Assembly (NCBI GenBank): GCA_030390025.1
Contig: CM059433.1
Location: 20,834,001 to 20,898,000 of the forward strand
Length of the DNA stretch: 64,000 nt
Direction: 5' to 3'
Origin: Squalus acanthias
Taxonomy: Eukaryota
Shown here: positions 51,054 to 62,927 of the stretch, one piece after another
How the letters are laid out: the number at the start of each line of letters is the position of its first letter
Position numbering within the stretch: position 1 is the stretch's first letter
Notes under the pieces: generated by a model
Database searches by the model: none
What the model was told of the DNA's origin: nothing
The model's input: the letters and a program-made list of their open reading frames with translations, nothing else
Made by a program: the position numbers and the translations under genes

Positions 51054-53147
51054 AATGTTTCTCACTTGGGGAACTCATGTTATCAGAGCAGACATGTCTG
51101 AATGATGGTCAATATTGGGATCTGATCACAATCTCCTAAATCTAGCACAGTGCTACTGCAGTTACTTAACTGCAATCGCATTTGATATTTGCATGAAGTG
51201 ATGACTAACATCTGCAGTTCCTGTACATACTGCAATTTTAAAATATAGGGGTCAAATTTTATAAAACAACCGGAAAAAAATCGAAGTTGCTTGGGTATTA
51301 AATGCAAACATCCTGTTAACCTGTATCAGATATGAGAATGGATTGCTTGTCCAATACATTTAGACATTAAGATGCTTTGAAGAAAATGTGCTTAATAAGT
51401 GTTGTTACATGATTAATACATTCAGACATGCATATAGTGTGCCAAAACAAAATCACAAGTATAATACTAATGAAGAGGTGAGGAAGCTGACAAGTTGGAC
51501 ACATGTCTTGGTTTTGAAGGATACTTCATGCAGTTCTTTAATTAGAAGGAACCTCCACAGGGAGTTCTTCCAAGTATAGTGACTCACACAAGTGACACAA
51601 AACATCTAAGATCAAACATGACTACTAAGCTATCCATTTTTTTTTTATCCGTGCAAGAATAGAATTGGGTGCAGGAAGTAGGAGCTTCTGAGAAATTCTG
51701 TAAAGCTTTTCTCGGGCTATTACTAATTAGTAATTGTAAATAACAAAATTAAAGACTGGTTTTCCTACGGTGTCTAGGTTTGAGAACTATAATGGCACTA
51801 AATGAATTGCAGTCAGCCCTGAAAATGCTCATTGCGCCAAGTGTTAACAACCAGCTGCTTAAAGGAGAAAGGAACTCTGTGGTATATCTTCTTCCATTTG
51901 CTAATGAAAAAGCCAGCATGACTATATAGCAAGGAAAACTGGCTTCTAGTTGTTGATTCCTGACCTTCTTCACAGGACTCCTCTGAAAAGCCCCACATGG
52001 GCGTCCATCTCAGAGTGGTATGAATCTACTTTGCAAAACAAGGGTTTCTACATAACAGTTACATCTTGCAACTGTGAGGACCCTATCCCTTTTAACGTGC
52101 TTTTTTCCTTTTTAGAAAACCTCTTCTTTATGGCGGTTTTGTTAAAGTTGCCGATTGAAGTGTTTTTCTGTGTGCAGCATATTCTTGCAACCAGAGGCAG
52201 ACGTGAAATTTAAGGCTATGCTGATTATTTGGGTGACTACAGCAAGAGAAAGTATAGCAACAACTATTAATACGTCTTTTTCTTTGTCTTTTTTGACAGA
52301 TATTCTTATCCAAGTTCATATCGTAATCATAACGTATTATTTACTCTCACAATGCTTCTCTCTCTTCAGCCTCTTTGCATCTACCAATTGTTGCTCTTGT
52401 CTGAATTTTCTTGGAGCTTCTGTATTTCTCCGCTATTTTTGTTTTTTTAATTATTTTTCTTCAGTTTCTCTCTGGTACAGTGTAATAATAGAAACCCTTC
52501 AACTTCTGCTCATTTGACTTCTCCAGCTCTCCCTCTTTGTGAGACATGTCTCTCCTTCCTTGTGGCGAATCCTCCGATTCTCTCTCTGCAGTCCCCATTC
52601 TAGGTTTCTATTTTGGTTTGCAAGGAAAAGAATCAAAGCTTATTACATTTTTAAAAGTAATTGCCTTCCTTTAGCGCTGGTGAGGTTGACTCGTGTATCA
52701 GATCTCTTGCCCTTCTCAGGCGTTCCATGTCTCAGTTCTAATCTGGTTCTTACCCAACCCGAATCCCAGTTTACATTTTGCTCTACAATAGTTTGAAGGG
52801 GTCTATATTCCTTCTGATTACCTTTTCAGGTTTGATGATATCCCATCTACTTTTATCTCTGACATTTTAAGTTGCCTTAATATGACCCAATCTAGTTCTG
52901 AGTGCTTAGATTGATGTCCATGTCCATCAGCACTGTGAGAAGGACCTGATGACTAATCAGGTCAAAAATACATGAAGTCAAAGACATGTTCCACCATTAC
53001 TCATCCACTTTTCCCTCGATTCAGCTAACTCAGTGCTCATGAACTTGGTAAGCTTTTTGATTTGTGTTAGTTCGAAGAACAGCAGCAAATCAGTAACGGT
53101 TAGGACATTTAAAAAAATTCATATAAACCAATTTTCAGTTTTTCCAA

Positions 53148-53405
53148 TTAGAATCATAGAATAATACTGCACAGTAGGAGGCCATTCAGTCCATCGAGTC
53201 TGCGCCAGCTCTTTCGAAGAGCAATCCAGTTAGTCCCACTCCCCCACTCTTTCCCCATATCCCTGCACATTTTTCTCCTTCAAGTATTTACCCAATTTCC
53301 TTTTGAAGGCTACTATTGAATCTGTATCCACCACCCCATCAGGGAGTGCATTCCAAATCCTAACCGCTCGTTGTGTAAAAAAAGTTTTTCCTCATGTCGC
53401 CTCTT
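53148..53405 (-). mobile_element. CR1 3' fragment
   Basis: Similar to 35985-36338 (agaatcataga..ggaggccattcag..gtgcattcca). Confidence 0.85.
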
Positions 53406-54404
53406 TGCCAGTAGATCTTATCTGACCTTTGACTATCTGGTTGTATTATCAGTCTTTTACAGACCTGTTGCATTTAATCTTAGTTATCAACTGGGAGCCG
53501 GTGATCAGCTGGAGGTCACAAGCTACTTTTCCTGGTATATAAATATCAAACTTGTATGGTAGCTTAGGCCCTCGAGGGCAGCATCTGAATAGTCTGCAGT
53601 AGAGCTAGTATGTGACCACGCCTTCCCGTGAGCTGGCACCTATAGCGTTCTATCGCTTAGTCCAAGCTCGTTCAGACTTGTGTCCGGTGATCCACCACGT
53701 GAAGACCCCTCTTCTATCCTACTCTCTAAAGTACCATCTCTGAGCTAGTGCTTGCGAGGGTCAGATCGAGTGATACTGCATCTTCAGGAATGCTGTCCTC
53801 CTTTTCCTGAAGTGGCACAAGGGCTTCCTCATTCCCTGCACCTGAAATGAAAGAGAGGGACATGGGTTAGCTTGTGATGTGAAAGAAGAGAAAAGAATGA
53901 AGTGGCTGGTGAAAGCATCTGCAGTTTGTCATGCAGTGTGGGTAGAGTGAGATAGAAGTAATAAGGACAAAAGGGGATTAACTGTGAAGAAACTCTGCGT
54001 GACATCTCCTTCAGCATTGCCAGTTGCCATGGCCATAACTCTTCCCCTTCCCATGATAGCCAGCATGTTTTCCTGTAGAGGGCAAAGTGTGTAGTGGCGG
54101 CCTCTTGTCTCAGATTGTGGGTAACATTCTCTTGGAAGAAAGAATAGATTGTTAGTGACATCCTTGTGAGTGCTGAGAGAATGTGCCTGCAATGGCAGAA
54201 TAGCTCATCTGCAGTGCATCAGGTGTGAGGTGTGGGCAAGTGAAAGTTGGAATACTGGCGAGAGTAGGAAGTGCAACATGCGTGAGAATGAGGAGAAAGG
54301 TGTAGTGAAGCGTGATGCAGTGATTGTAGCAGAGGGAAGTGGAGGAGGGGATTACTGTGAGTAGCGAGGCTGGTAGTAGTGAAGGTGTGAGCAGAGAGTA
54401 TGGT

Positions 54405-54660
54405 TACCTTGAAAACTCTGGGCAGGGTTATTGAACTTCTTCCTGCATGTTAGCCATGCCCTGGGAGCTAACCTCCTGGCATTCATTAGCTCAGCCATTT
54501 GTTCCTATTTGTAGTGCAGGTGTCACTTGTAAAACTGGGACAAGGAGGATCTCCCTCCTGCTGTCCATTGCCTGGACCATGACCTCCAGTGTGGTGTCAC
54601 AGAATGTGAGTGCTCTCAGTGTTTCTTCCAACCATCTGTTTGTTCTGAAATGTTCCTTCC
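54405..54660 (-). pseudogene. Decayed Myb/SANT-like DNA-binding exon of a Harbinger element; element right end at about 54907
   Basis: RALTFCDTTLEVMVQAMDSRREIL then, after a frameshift, K*EQMAELMNARRLAPRAWLTCRKKFNN followed by donor aag|gtaacc; TIR-like gaatttctaggtc at 54895-54907. Confidence 0.75.
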
Positions 54661-55546
54661 TGTCTGCAGCCAGAGTGCACCTCCCCTTTAAGAGATGCTG
54701 GCTGCCTTTAAGTGGCATCAGTCAAGCTTGATTTCCGGTCCCCAAAGCCAATGAATAGCGTGGGTAACACTGGCTGCACATCTGCCACATTATAATGAGG
54801 TCCCAGCACCAATTTCATGTGCTGGCTACAACCAAGCAAACAGGTGCACAAATTGCAAAACCCATCCGCTGTGCTCCCGTTTTCAAGCGCGGTCGAATTT
54901 CTAGGTCTTTGTCTTTGACAGATTAAGAGTTATTCTCAACACTATTAAGAACTGAATTTGAGATTATTGCCAGAGCTGAACTGTTTAAATTGTATATATT
55001 ACTATTGTATGGGAAGTCCCTTGAGAAGTTAAGACCAACAGGATAACTACAAGGCTGTGAATACTTCAGGACATGTGAGGTTTACTAATTGAGGGTTACT
55101 GACTTGAATAGGTGGTCAATCTTTTGTGTGGAGTGTAATCTGCTGTTCTAGTGCTTTTATAAATAATTAAATAATGCTGCTTTACTTGCACCTGCTGTGA
55201 TGTCTGATTCTCTTTCACCATCTGCATGCACATTCAACCGAGTTACTGAGAAGGAAGAGTTGGATTCATGCTGGTAACTAAATTGCCGAAAGAACTTCTG
55301 TTGTGGCACCTTCATCATTTCCACGGCAGTCATCACAATGTAAATGAAGTCAGATTCTCCGCGGTCTCAGAGGGAACGCTTCCTTCTAATGTAAGTCGAG
55401 CACCAAATTGTAGTATAACAGTACCTGTGGTTATCCACAGTACATCATAACTACTATTGTCTTTTGTGACTTCATCATTAACTCTCGAGTTATCTTCCGC
55501 TGTTTTCGCCCCTCCCTATCTCTGTAACCTCCTCCAGCCCTACAAC

Positions 55547-55686
55547 CAATCGGTGCAGTAATGGGAAAGGTTCCGCGCAGGCCGCTCACCGGCTTCTCCA
55601 TTGTGAATGCCGTGCATACACGGAAATTTAACGGGACTAAAAGAAACAGGCCGCGCAGAACAATGTGCAGCTTACAGGGAACATTG
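55547..55686. mobile_element. hAT-like MITE
   Basis: 8-bp TSD cctacaac (55539-55546 and 55687-55694); right end agggaacattg, left end reduced to caat. Confidence 0.75.
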
Positions 55687-55817
55687 CCTACAACCCTCGG
55701 AGATCTCTGCGCTCCTCCAATTCTGGCCTCTTACACATCCCCAATTTTCATCGCTTCACCATTGGTGGCCGTGCCTTCAGCTGTTTAGGCTCTAAGCTCT
55801 GGAAGTCCCTCCCTATA

Positions 55818-56200
55818 CTTGACTTGAGCACAAAAATCTAGGCTGACACTCCAGTGCAGTGCCGAGGGAGTGCTGCACTGTCAGAGGTGCCGTCTTTCGG
55901 ATGAGACGTTAAACCGAGGCCCCGTCTGCTCTCTCAGGTGGACGTAAAAGATCCCATGGCAGGGGAGTTATCCCCGGTGTCCTGGCCAATATTTTTTATC
56001 CCTCTACCAACATAACAAAAACAGATTATCTGGTCATTATCACATTGCTGTTTGTGGGAGCTTGCTGTGCACAAATTGGCTGCCGCGTTTCCCACATTAC
56101 AACAGTGACTACACTTCAAAAAGTACTTAATTGGCTGTAAAGCGCTTTGAGATATCTAGTGGTCGTGAAAGGCGCTATATAAATGTATGTCTTTCTTTTA
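55818..56200 (+). mobile_element. 5'-truncated DeuSINE
   Basis: High identity to 11745-12130. Confidence 0.9.
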
Positions 56201-56413
56201 CAGCTCTCTACCTCTCTCCTCCTTTCAGACGCTCCTTAAAACCTACCTCTTTGACCAAGTTAAATGCACTATATAAATGCAAGTTGTTGTTGTTGTTATT
56301 GTCTTGCGCTGTTGGCTTTGACCCTTTGCCTCAGTTTCTCAATAAAGAATATGGTAGTGTGGTAATATCAGTTCCAATTCAAAGGCCTGCCACTACAAGG
56401 TAAAAGTTAAACA

Positions 56414-56648
56414 CCAATACAAAAGCAAAATACTGCAGATGCTGGAAATCTGAAATAAAAACAGAAAATGCTGGAAATACTCAGCAGGTCAGGCAGCATC
56501 TGTGGAGAGAGAAACAGAGCTGACGTTTCAGGTCGATGAGCTTTTCCCAGTTCTGACGAAAGGTCATCAACCTGAAACGTTAACTCTGTTTCTCTCTCCG
56601 CAGATGCTGCCTGACCTGCTGAGTATTTCCAGCATTTCCTGTTTTACT
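56414..56648. mobile_element. Palindromic Penelope-like pLTR insert
   Basis: About 90-bp inverted arms; 13-bp TSD taaaagttaaaca (56401-56413 and 56649-56661). Confidence 0.85.
56549..56585 (+). ncRNA. Minimal type I hammerhead ribozyme motif
   Basis: agtt-CTGACGA-a-aggt/catca/acct-GAAACGTT-aact. Confidence 0.75.
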
Positions 56649-56979
56649 TAAAAGTTAAACATCTTTGTTGATCCAAGTCTCTTCTGGAGCGAGCCTTCCC
56701 AACTGGCAGCAGCGGGTTGATGTTGAAGGGGAAAGGATGTGATTCTCCTCATCATTGGAAAAGTAGTTTAGATTTCATTGCATTCTGCAACAGTTCCAGC
56801 TCTTCTTCTCTGACAGTATGGAGACCTGTGGTTCAAACAGGGTCGCCATTGGTCTGATTTCTGCTGGACAGCACTCATTTTTCAGTGGACTATCCAGACA
56901 TTTCTAACATGTAAACTGGACAGTAGAATTCTGTTTTTTAAAAACAGAACTCAATTCTATTTTCATTTCCTGCTTTTTT

Positions 56980-57084
56980 CCAGTTCTGACGAAAGGTCTT
57001 CGACCTGAAACGTTAACTCTGTTTCTCTCTCCACGGATGCTGCCTGGCCTGCTGAGTTTTTCCAGCGTTTTCTGTTGTTATTTC
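56980..57084 (+). mobile_element. Penelope-like pLTR fragment with hammerhead core (56982-57018)
   Basis: agtt-CTGACGA-a-aggtc/ttc/gacct-GAAACGTT-aact, followed by the family body; no TSD found. Confidence 0.8.
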
Positions 57085-57648
57085 AATTTTACTACTTACT
57101 CCTATGTCTTATTATGTGGGAGACTTTGGTCGTTAAGGATGTCAATGAATTTTATCGATAGCAAAGAAAACATCAGAGGCCATGCTCTCATCTACTCTGT
57201 CTCATTTTGTGCTTGTTAATAGGTGGCAGTCTACATTCGGGATCTGACCGTCTCACTCCAGATCCACTCCAAAAAACATTCCAGCTCAATTTTTTTTGAT
57301 ATGTCAGGATATGAGAATGGGCAATTACTATACAAATGGTTGCCCTGTGCTCCTTTGCGTTTCTGTGTTTTGTATAATAAGCAGGTTCATCTGCATTTAA
57401 CTTGAATTTATGATGCAGTTCAAGAAGCCTCTCAGACTCGTGGCAGAACTGCGGAGTCTTGAACTAGCTGTCTGAGGCGACCTAACTTTTCATGCTATAG
57501 CCATGTACTATTTCAAAAAGGCACCCTCTATATTGAAATGTGTTTGGCAGACTTTTAACGCTTATTTAAAAAAATACCTTGAACAATAACACAAATTGCA
57601 TTGAAATGTGTCACTGCTTTACAAAATATTTTTTAATTACTTAGACAA

Positions 57649-58275
57649 GGGCCCCGATATTTATGGGAGACAGGGAGGGAGCGGGGATTGTGTTTGTGGC
57701 CGGGAAACCCAGAAATGGCGGAAACGCAGAGGGCCTGCCGAATTTAACGGCAGGACCTCTTTGCCATTTCTTTTTCTCGGTTTCCCGCCCGGCAGCCAGC
57801 CAGATTGAAAGGGGACGGTCTCTGGTAATTGGAAAAGATCGGGACGCGATAAGTTTGGCTTGGAGCGTGGCAGCAAGGAGGGAGGAAAAGATTGGGGTGG
57901 GTTGTTAGATTGCCGGGGTGGGGGTTTCGTTAGGGAGGGAGGCAGATCGCAACAGCGTGTTTGTTTGAAGGGCCGGCGGGGGTGGAGTGGGGTGGGGTGG
58001 GGGGGGGTGGAGGAGGGGGAAGCACTCCTGCTCCTCCTGGCCCGCAAGCCGTGTTGGAAAAGCACTTACCTGCTGCAGCCGGCAGCTCCCGCCTCCCTTC
58101 AGCTGCCGGGTTTCCCGAGCCCCGGGTAACACAAACCACAGATGTTAATTTCCAATGTCTCCCAAAATCTGAGGAACCGAGCCTCATTTAAACATTATAA
58201 TTACAGACTTGCCGCTCCAGAGCGGATTACTCAGACGCCTCCAAACCCGCCGCGGTTAAGCTGGAAGTAGGCACC
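57649..58275. mobile_element. Harbinger-type MITE, right end missing at the LINE junction
   Basis: Left end gggccccgatattta; homologous to 50016-51053. Confidence 0.65.
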
Positions 58276-59521
58276 AATCAGCTCCAGACCTCATTACAGT
58301 CTTGGTCCAAACATGGACAAAGGAGCTGAATTCCAGAGGAGATGTGAGAGTGACTGCCCTTGACATCAAGGCAGCATTTGACCGAGTGTGGCATCAAGGA
58401 GCCCTAGTATAACTGAAGTCAATGGGAATCGGGGGGAAACTCTCCACTGGCTGGAGTCATACCTAGCACAAAGGAAGATGATTGTGGTGGTTGGAGGTCA
58501 ATCATCACAGCTCCAGGACATCGTTGCAGGAGTTCCTCAGGGCAGTGTCCTAGGCCCAACCATCTTCAGCTGCTTCATCAATGACCTTCCCTCCATCATA
58601 AGGTCAGAAGTGGGGATGTTCACTGATGACTGCACAGTGTTCAGTGCCATTCGCAACTCCTCAGATAATGAAGCAGTCCATGCCCGCATGCAGCAAGACC
58701 TGGACGACATTCAGGCTTGGGCTGATAAGTGGCAGGTAACATTCGCACCACACAAGTGCCAGGCAATGATTATTTCCAACAAGCGAGCGTCTAACCACCG
58801 CCACTTGACATTCAACGGCATTACCATTGCCGAATCCCCCACCATCAATATCCTGGTGGTCACCATTGACCAGAAACTTAACTGGACCAGCCACATAATA
58901 CTGTGGCTACAAGAGCAGATCAGAGGCTGGGTATTCTGCGGCGAGTGTCTCACCTCGACTCCCCAAAGCCTTTCCACCATCTACACGGCACAAGTCAGGA
59001 GTGTGATGGAATACTCTCCACTTGCCTGGATGAGTGCAGCTCCAACAACACTCAAGAAGCTCGACAACATCCAAGACAAAGCAGCCCGCTTGATTGGCAC
59101 ACCATCCACCACCTTAAACATTCACTCCCTCCACCACCGGCGTACCATGGCTGCAGTGTGTACCATCTACAAGATGCACTGCAGCAATTCACCAAGGCTT
59201 CTTCGGCAGCACCTCCCAAACCTGCGACCTCTACCAGCTAGAAGGACAAGGGCAGCAGGCGCATGGGAACACCACCACCTCCAAGTTCCCCTCCAAGTCA
59301 CACACCATCCTGACTTGGAAGTTTATCGCCAATCCTTCATCGTCGCTGGGTCAAAATCCTGGAACTCCCTCCCTAACAGCACTGTGGGAGTACCTACACC
59401 ACACGGACTGTAGCGGTTCAAGAATGCAGCTCATCGTCACCTGCTCAACGACTACTAGGGATGGGCAATAAATGCTGACCTTGCCACCGACGCCCACATC
59501 CCATGAACGAATAAAAAAAAA
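58276..59521 (+). mobile_element. 5'-truncated LINE of a second (CR1/Jockey-group) family, RT and 3' end
   Basis: ALDIKAAFDRVWHQG, GVPQGSVLGP, FTDD, YTAQVRSVMEYS; frameshifted; poly-A tail. Confidence 0.9.
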
Positions 59522-59634
59522 TGCTCAGTTAGAAACCTATGCAAATACTTCTTTAAAACAATTCATAGATCTCCTATGCTACGGCTAATGTTAAGTGAGA
59601 TAATGCATTGTTTTATAAGGAAAGGAGTGTTATG

Positions 59635-59750
59635 CAACATTTCCTACATTACTACAGTGACTACACTGCAAAAGTACTTCATTGGCTGTAAAGCGCTTTG
59701 GGACATCTGAGTTCATGAAAGAGGCTATATAAATGCAAGTTTCTTTCTTT
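59635..59750 (+). mobile_element. DeuSINE 3' tail
   Basis: tttcctacattactacagtgactacac..ggctgtaaagcgctttgggac..tatataaatgcaag. Confidence 0.8.
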
Positions 59751-59818
59751 GATGTACTGCACAATATATTACTCTTCTGCTAATTCCCTTTAAGTCAACA
59801 AATTCTAATTATTAAGCA

Positions 59819-59920
59819 TGATGCGGAGATGCCGGTGTTGGACTGGGGTGGACAAAAGTGAGAAGTCGCACAACACCAGACGAAGGAGCAGCCGCTCCGA
59901 AAGCTTGTGATTTCAAATAA
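59819..59920. mobile_element. Second Penelope-like pLTR family fragment with a mutated hammerhead core
   Basis: 12-bp TSD aattattaagca; cac-CAGACGA-a-ggagc/agcc/gctcc-GAAAGCTT-gtg. Confidence 0.7.
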
Positions 59921-60938
59921 AATTATTAAGCAGACACACCTTCAGATTAGAGTTCAGCAATTGTTTGGTGAAGGAACTGTACAGATGGTAAAATGCTCTG
60001 GTGTTTCTTACTCCAGATGAGAAGTGCCCAGCCTTAAGTGGCAGACCTTCTGTGTCCTTTTAAGATGATTTTTCTGTGACTTCTGGCTTGATGCAATGTT
60101 TTTGTGTACATAAGATGCATGTCATTGAAAGCTTGTTTTAAAGTGTGAGTATAGTTCACGGGATTGCAATGAAGTCATGCAAATCCCAGCAAAAAGGACT
60201 TCAGTTTGTTGAACTGCAAAGCTCTGATTAATGAGTGTTGAGGTTTCTTAAAATGGGAAATTTAAAAAGCTGTGACTATGACCTACTTTTCGACTTGGAA
60301 ACCCCAAAAATCATGTAGCTGATATATAATCAATATAAGTCAGGTAACTGACTTAAAACCTGTAAGCGGATTTAAAAACCCGAGAGAAATGGCCGGTGAG
60401 AATTAGCTGACGATGAAAGCAGAAATTTGCCATAGTGGGCAAAACATTGTGAAAATTCTTATGACAGCATTGAATACTTTCCAACAAAAAACTTCTTGTA
60501 GGAGTTGCAGTAACAGCCCAGAGCACCCTTGTAAACAAAATAAATAACTGGTCTTTATTGATTTGCCTATTGTTTAATCTTTATGTTCCTGGTACAAAAG
60601 CTGGATCCATGAGATTACCATCGCATTTTAATTGGAATTGTCATTGCAATCTAACATGCTGACAGCAATGAGCTAGCACTGCTGGATTCCAATAAAGGTG
60701 AGGTACCCCAAGGTTACATTTGCCAATTACAAATGCATTGATTGATGCTGGGCATACATCTAAAGAGCTGAACTAACAGTGATTTGGCATGCGTGTTCAG
60801 TTGTGAATGGAAACTCAGTTCCCATTTGACCTTTTAACTGCTGCCAATACCTCCTTGTGGAATTCGGAATGAAGGCATGACTACAAAGTATTCAAGAAAA
60901 GACAGCTTGCTACAATAGGAAAATGGCTCAGTCTGGAG

Positions 60939-61090
60939 CAATGTTCCCTCTAATTTTTTTTTCCCGTGCATGGTCCCTTTAAATTCACTGCGCAGTCGCG
61001 CATGTGCGGTATCTTCCAGGGGCAGCAGCTGGTGAGTGGCCTGCGCGGAACCTCCAGATTGGTGCGCGACCGCAGGGGAGCAAAGATTGC
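60939..61090. mobile_element. hAT-like MITE, same family as 55547-55686 in opposite orientation
   Basis: Left TIR caatgttccct; internal ggtgagtggcctgcgcggaacc is close to the reverse complement of 55569-55590; right end degenerate. Confidence 0.65.
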
Positions 61091-61317
61091 ATGCCGTAAG
61101 CTGAAAGATGCTTTTATTTGTGAATTATTGAATTCATGAAAGCAGCGATACCAGGGGAAAATTTTCCTGACATCGTGATTCCGCTGCAAAGCCTTGTCTG
61201 CAAGCAGGAAATTTGGGTGTGTCTTCCATATTCTGACCATTTAAATTAAAGGTTGGAAAATTGTGTGGAACTTCTGATGTACCTAGCACATAAATTAGTC
61301 TGATCCTTCAGTGGAGT

Positions 61318-61583
61318 AAGAAGGACCTTGTATTTACATATTTCATGACCTCAGGGTTTCCCAAAGCACTGTACAACCAATTAAGTACTTTTGCAGTGCA
61401 GTCACTGTTGTAATGTAGGGTAACGTGGCAGTCAGTTTGTGCATAGCAAGGTCCTACAAACAGCAATGAGCTAAATGACCAGATTAATTGTTTTAATAAT
61501 GTTGGTTCAGGGATAAATGTTGGCCAAAACACCAGGAGAACTCCCCTTGCTCTTCTTCGAATAGTACCAGGAATCTTTTACCT
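61318..61583 (-). mobile_element. DeuSINE 3' half
   Basis: Similar to 1181-1450. Confidence 0.8.
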
Positions 61584-61599
61584 GATCATGTAATTTTCC

Positions 61600-62122
61600 C
61601 CTTGTGCCTCTCCTCCATCATCCATCTCTGTGGGACAGCCCTTACATGGTTCCACTCCTAACTAACCAAACACGGCTTGTGCATTTTCAAGAATGGCTCC
61701 TCTTCCCTTTTTTACCCTGTTGCTTCCTGAATCCCTCAAGGTTCTATCCTCTGTCCCCTATTCTTCCTAATCTAAATGTTATCTCTTGGTAATATCAGCC
61801 AAAGGCACAGGATTAGCATCCACATGTAAACTGATGACACCCAGCACTTCCTTTCCACAGCTTCCCTTGTCCCTTTGACGGATTGCATGCTGTTGTACTG
61901 CTTTCTGACATCAAATCTGGATGAGCCACAACATCAGAAAAAGCGAAGCCATTGACTTGGGCTCCCAACACAGACTCTACTCCCTTGACACTGATTCCCT
62001 CACCCTTCCTGGCATCTCTTTCGAGTTGAACCAGACTATTCATAACTCTGATCCCGAGTGGAGATTTCAAACCCACATCACCAAGATTGTTCACTTCCAC
62101 CTCTGTAAGGTTGCCCTCCTCT
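61600..62122 (+). pseudogene. Very degenerate L2 RT fragment
   Basis: ccctcaaggttctatcct (PQGSIL) and cacatgtaaactgatgacacccag (HM*TDDTQ, a degenerate YADDTQ). Confidence 0.55.
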
Positions 62123-62499
62123 GATGCTGTGTTACGTGGTGATATATATTCCCCATTTATTAAAATACGTATTTGCAATAACTAATTAGGTTTTTCAATT
62201 AGAGTTTAGAAATAACTAAGTAACAAAAGAAAAGAGACACATTCAGCAGCCACTTTATTGACTCTGTGAGTGAATAGTGCAATAGAACATCAGCTTCACA
62301 GGTGTAGGTTAACAGACAATTTATGTGATCCCACACTCCCAGTAGGGAGGCCACTCAGTAAAGAGAGTGCGGTCAAAGAGAGAGCTAAAGCACTGTAGCC
62401 CAAATCTTCAATCCACACTCCTTGTAATTCTTTCCACAATTTTGCCTCTGCCAATCTGACTGCTTCTTAAGTAGCTTATGTTATATCAGTTGAAAGGAA

Positions 62500-62927
62500 A
62501 TAAAGGAAGAACTTGCAGTTATATCGCGCCTTTCATGACCTCAGGACGTCCCAAAGCTCATTGTTGTAATTTGGGAAACACAGCAGCCACTTTGCGCACA
62601 GCAAGCTCCCACAAACAGCAATGTGATAATGACCAGATAATCTGTTTTCGTGATGTTGATTGAGGGATAAACATTGTGGCTAGGACACCGGGGATAACTC
62701 CCCTGCTCTTCTTCAAAATAGTGCCATGGGATCTTTTACATTTGCCTGAGAGGGCAGACGGCGCCTCAGTTTAACGTCTCATCCGAAAGGCGGCACTTCC
62801 GACAGTGCAGCACTCCCTCAGCACTGCACTGGAGTGTCAGCCTAGATTTTTGTGGTCAAGTCTCTGGAGTGGGACTTGAACCCACGACCTTCTGACTCAG
62901 CCAGGTCAGCTAAGCCACAGCTGACAC
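62500..62927 (-). mobile_element. DeuSINE (near full length)
   Basis: Reverse complement of the 11672 copy. Confidence 0.9.

Larger units (their letters stand above)
55506..56297 (+). mobile_element. L2 3' fragment split by a hAT-like MITE and a DeuSINE
   Basis: Pieces 55506-55546, 55687-55817 and 56203-56297 rejoin as the L2 tail seen at 12453-12912. Confidence 0.85.
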
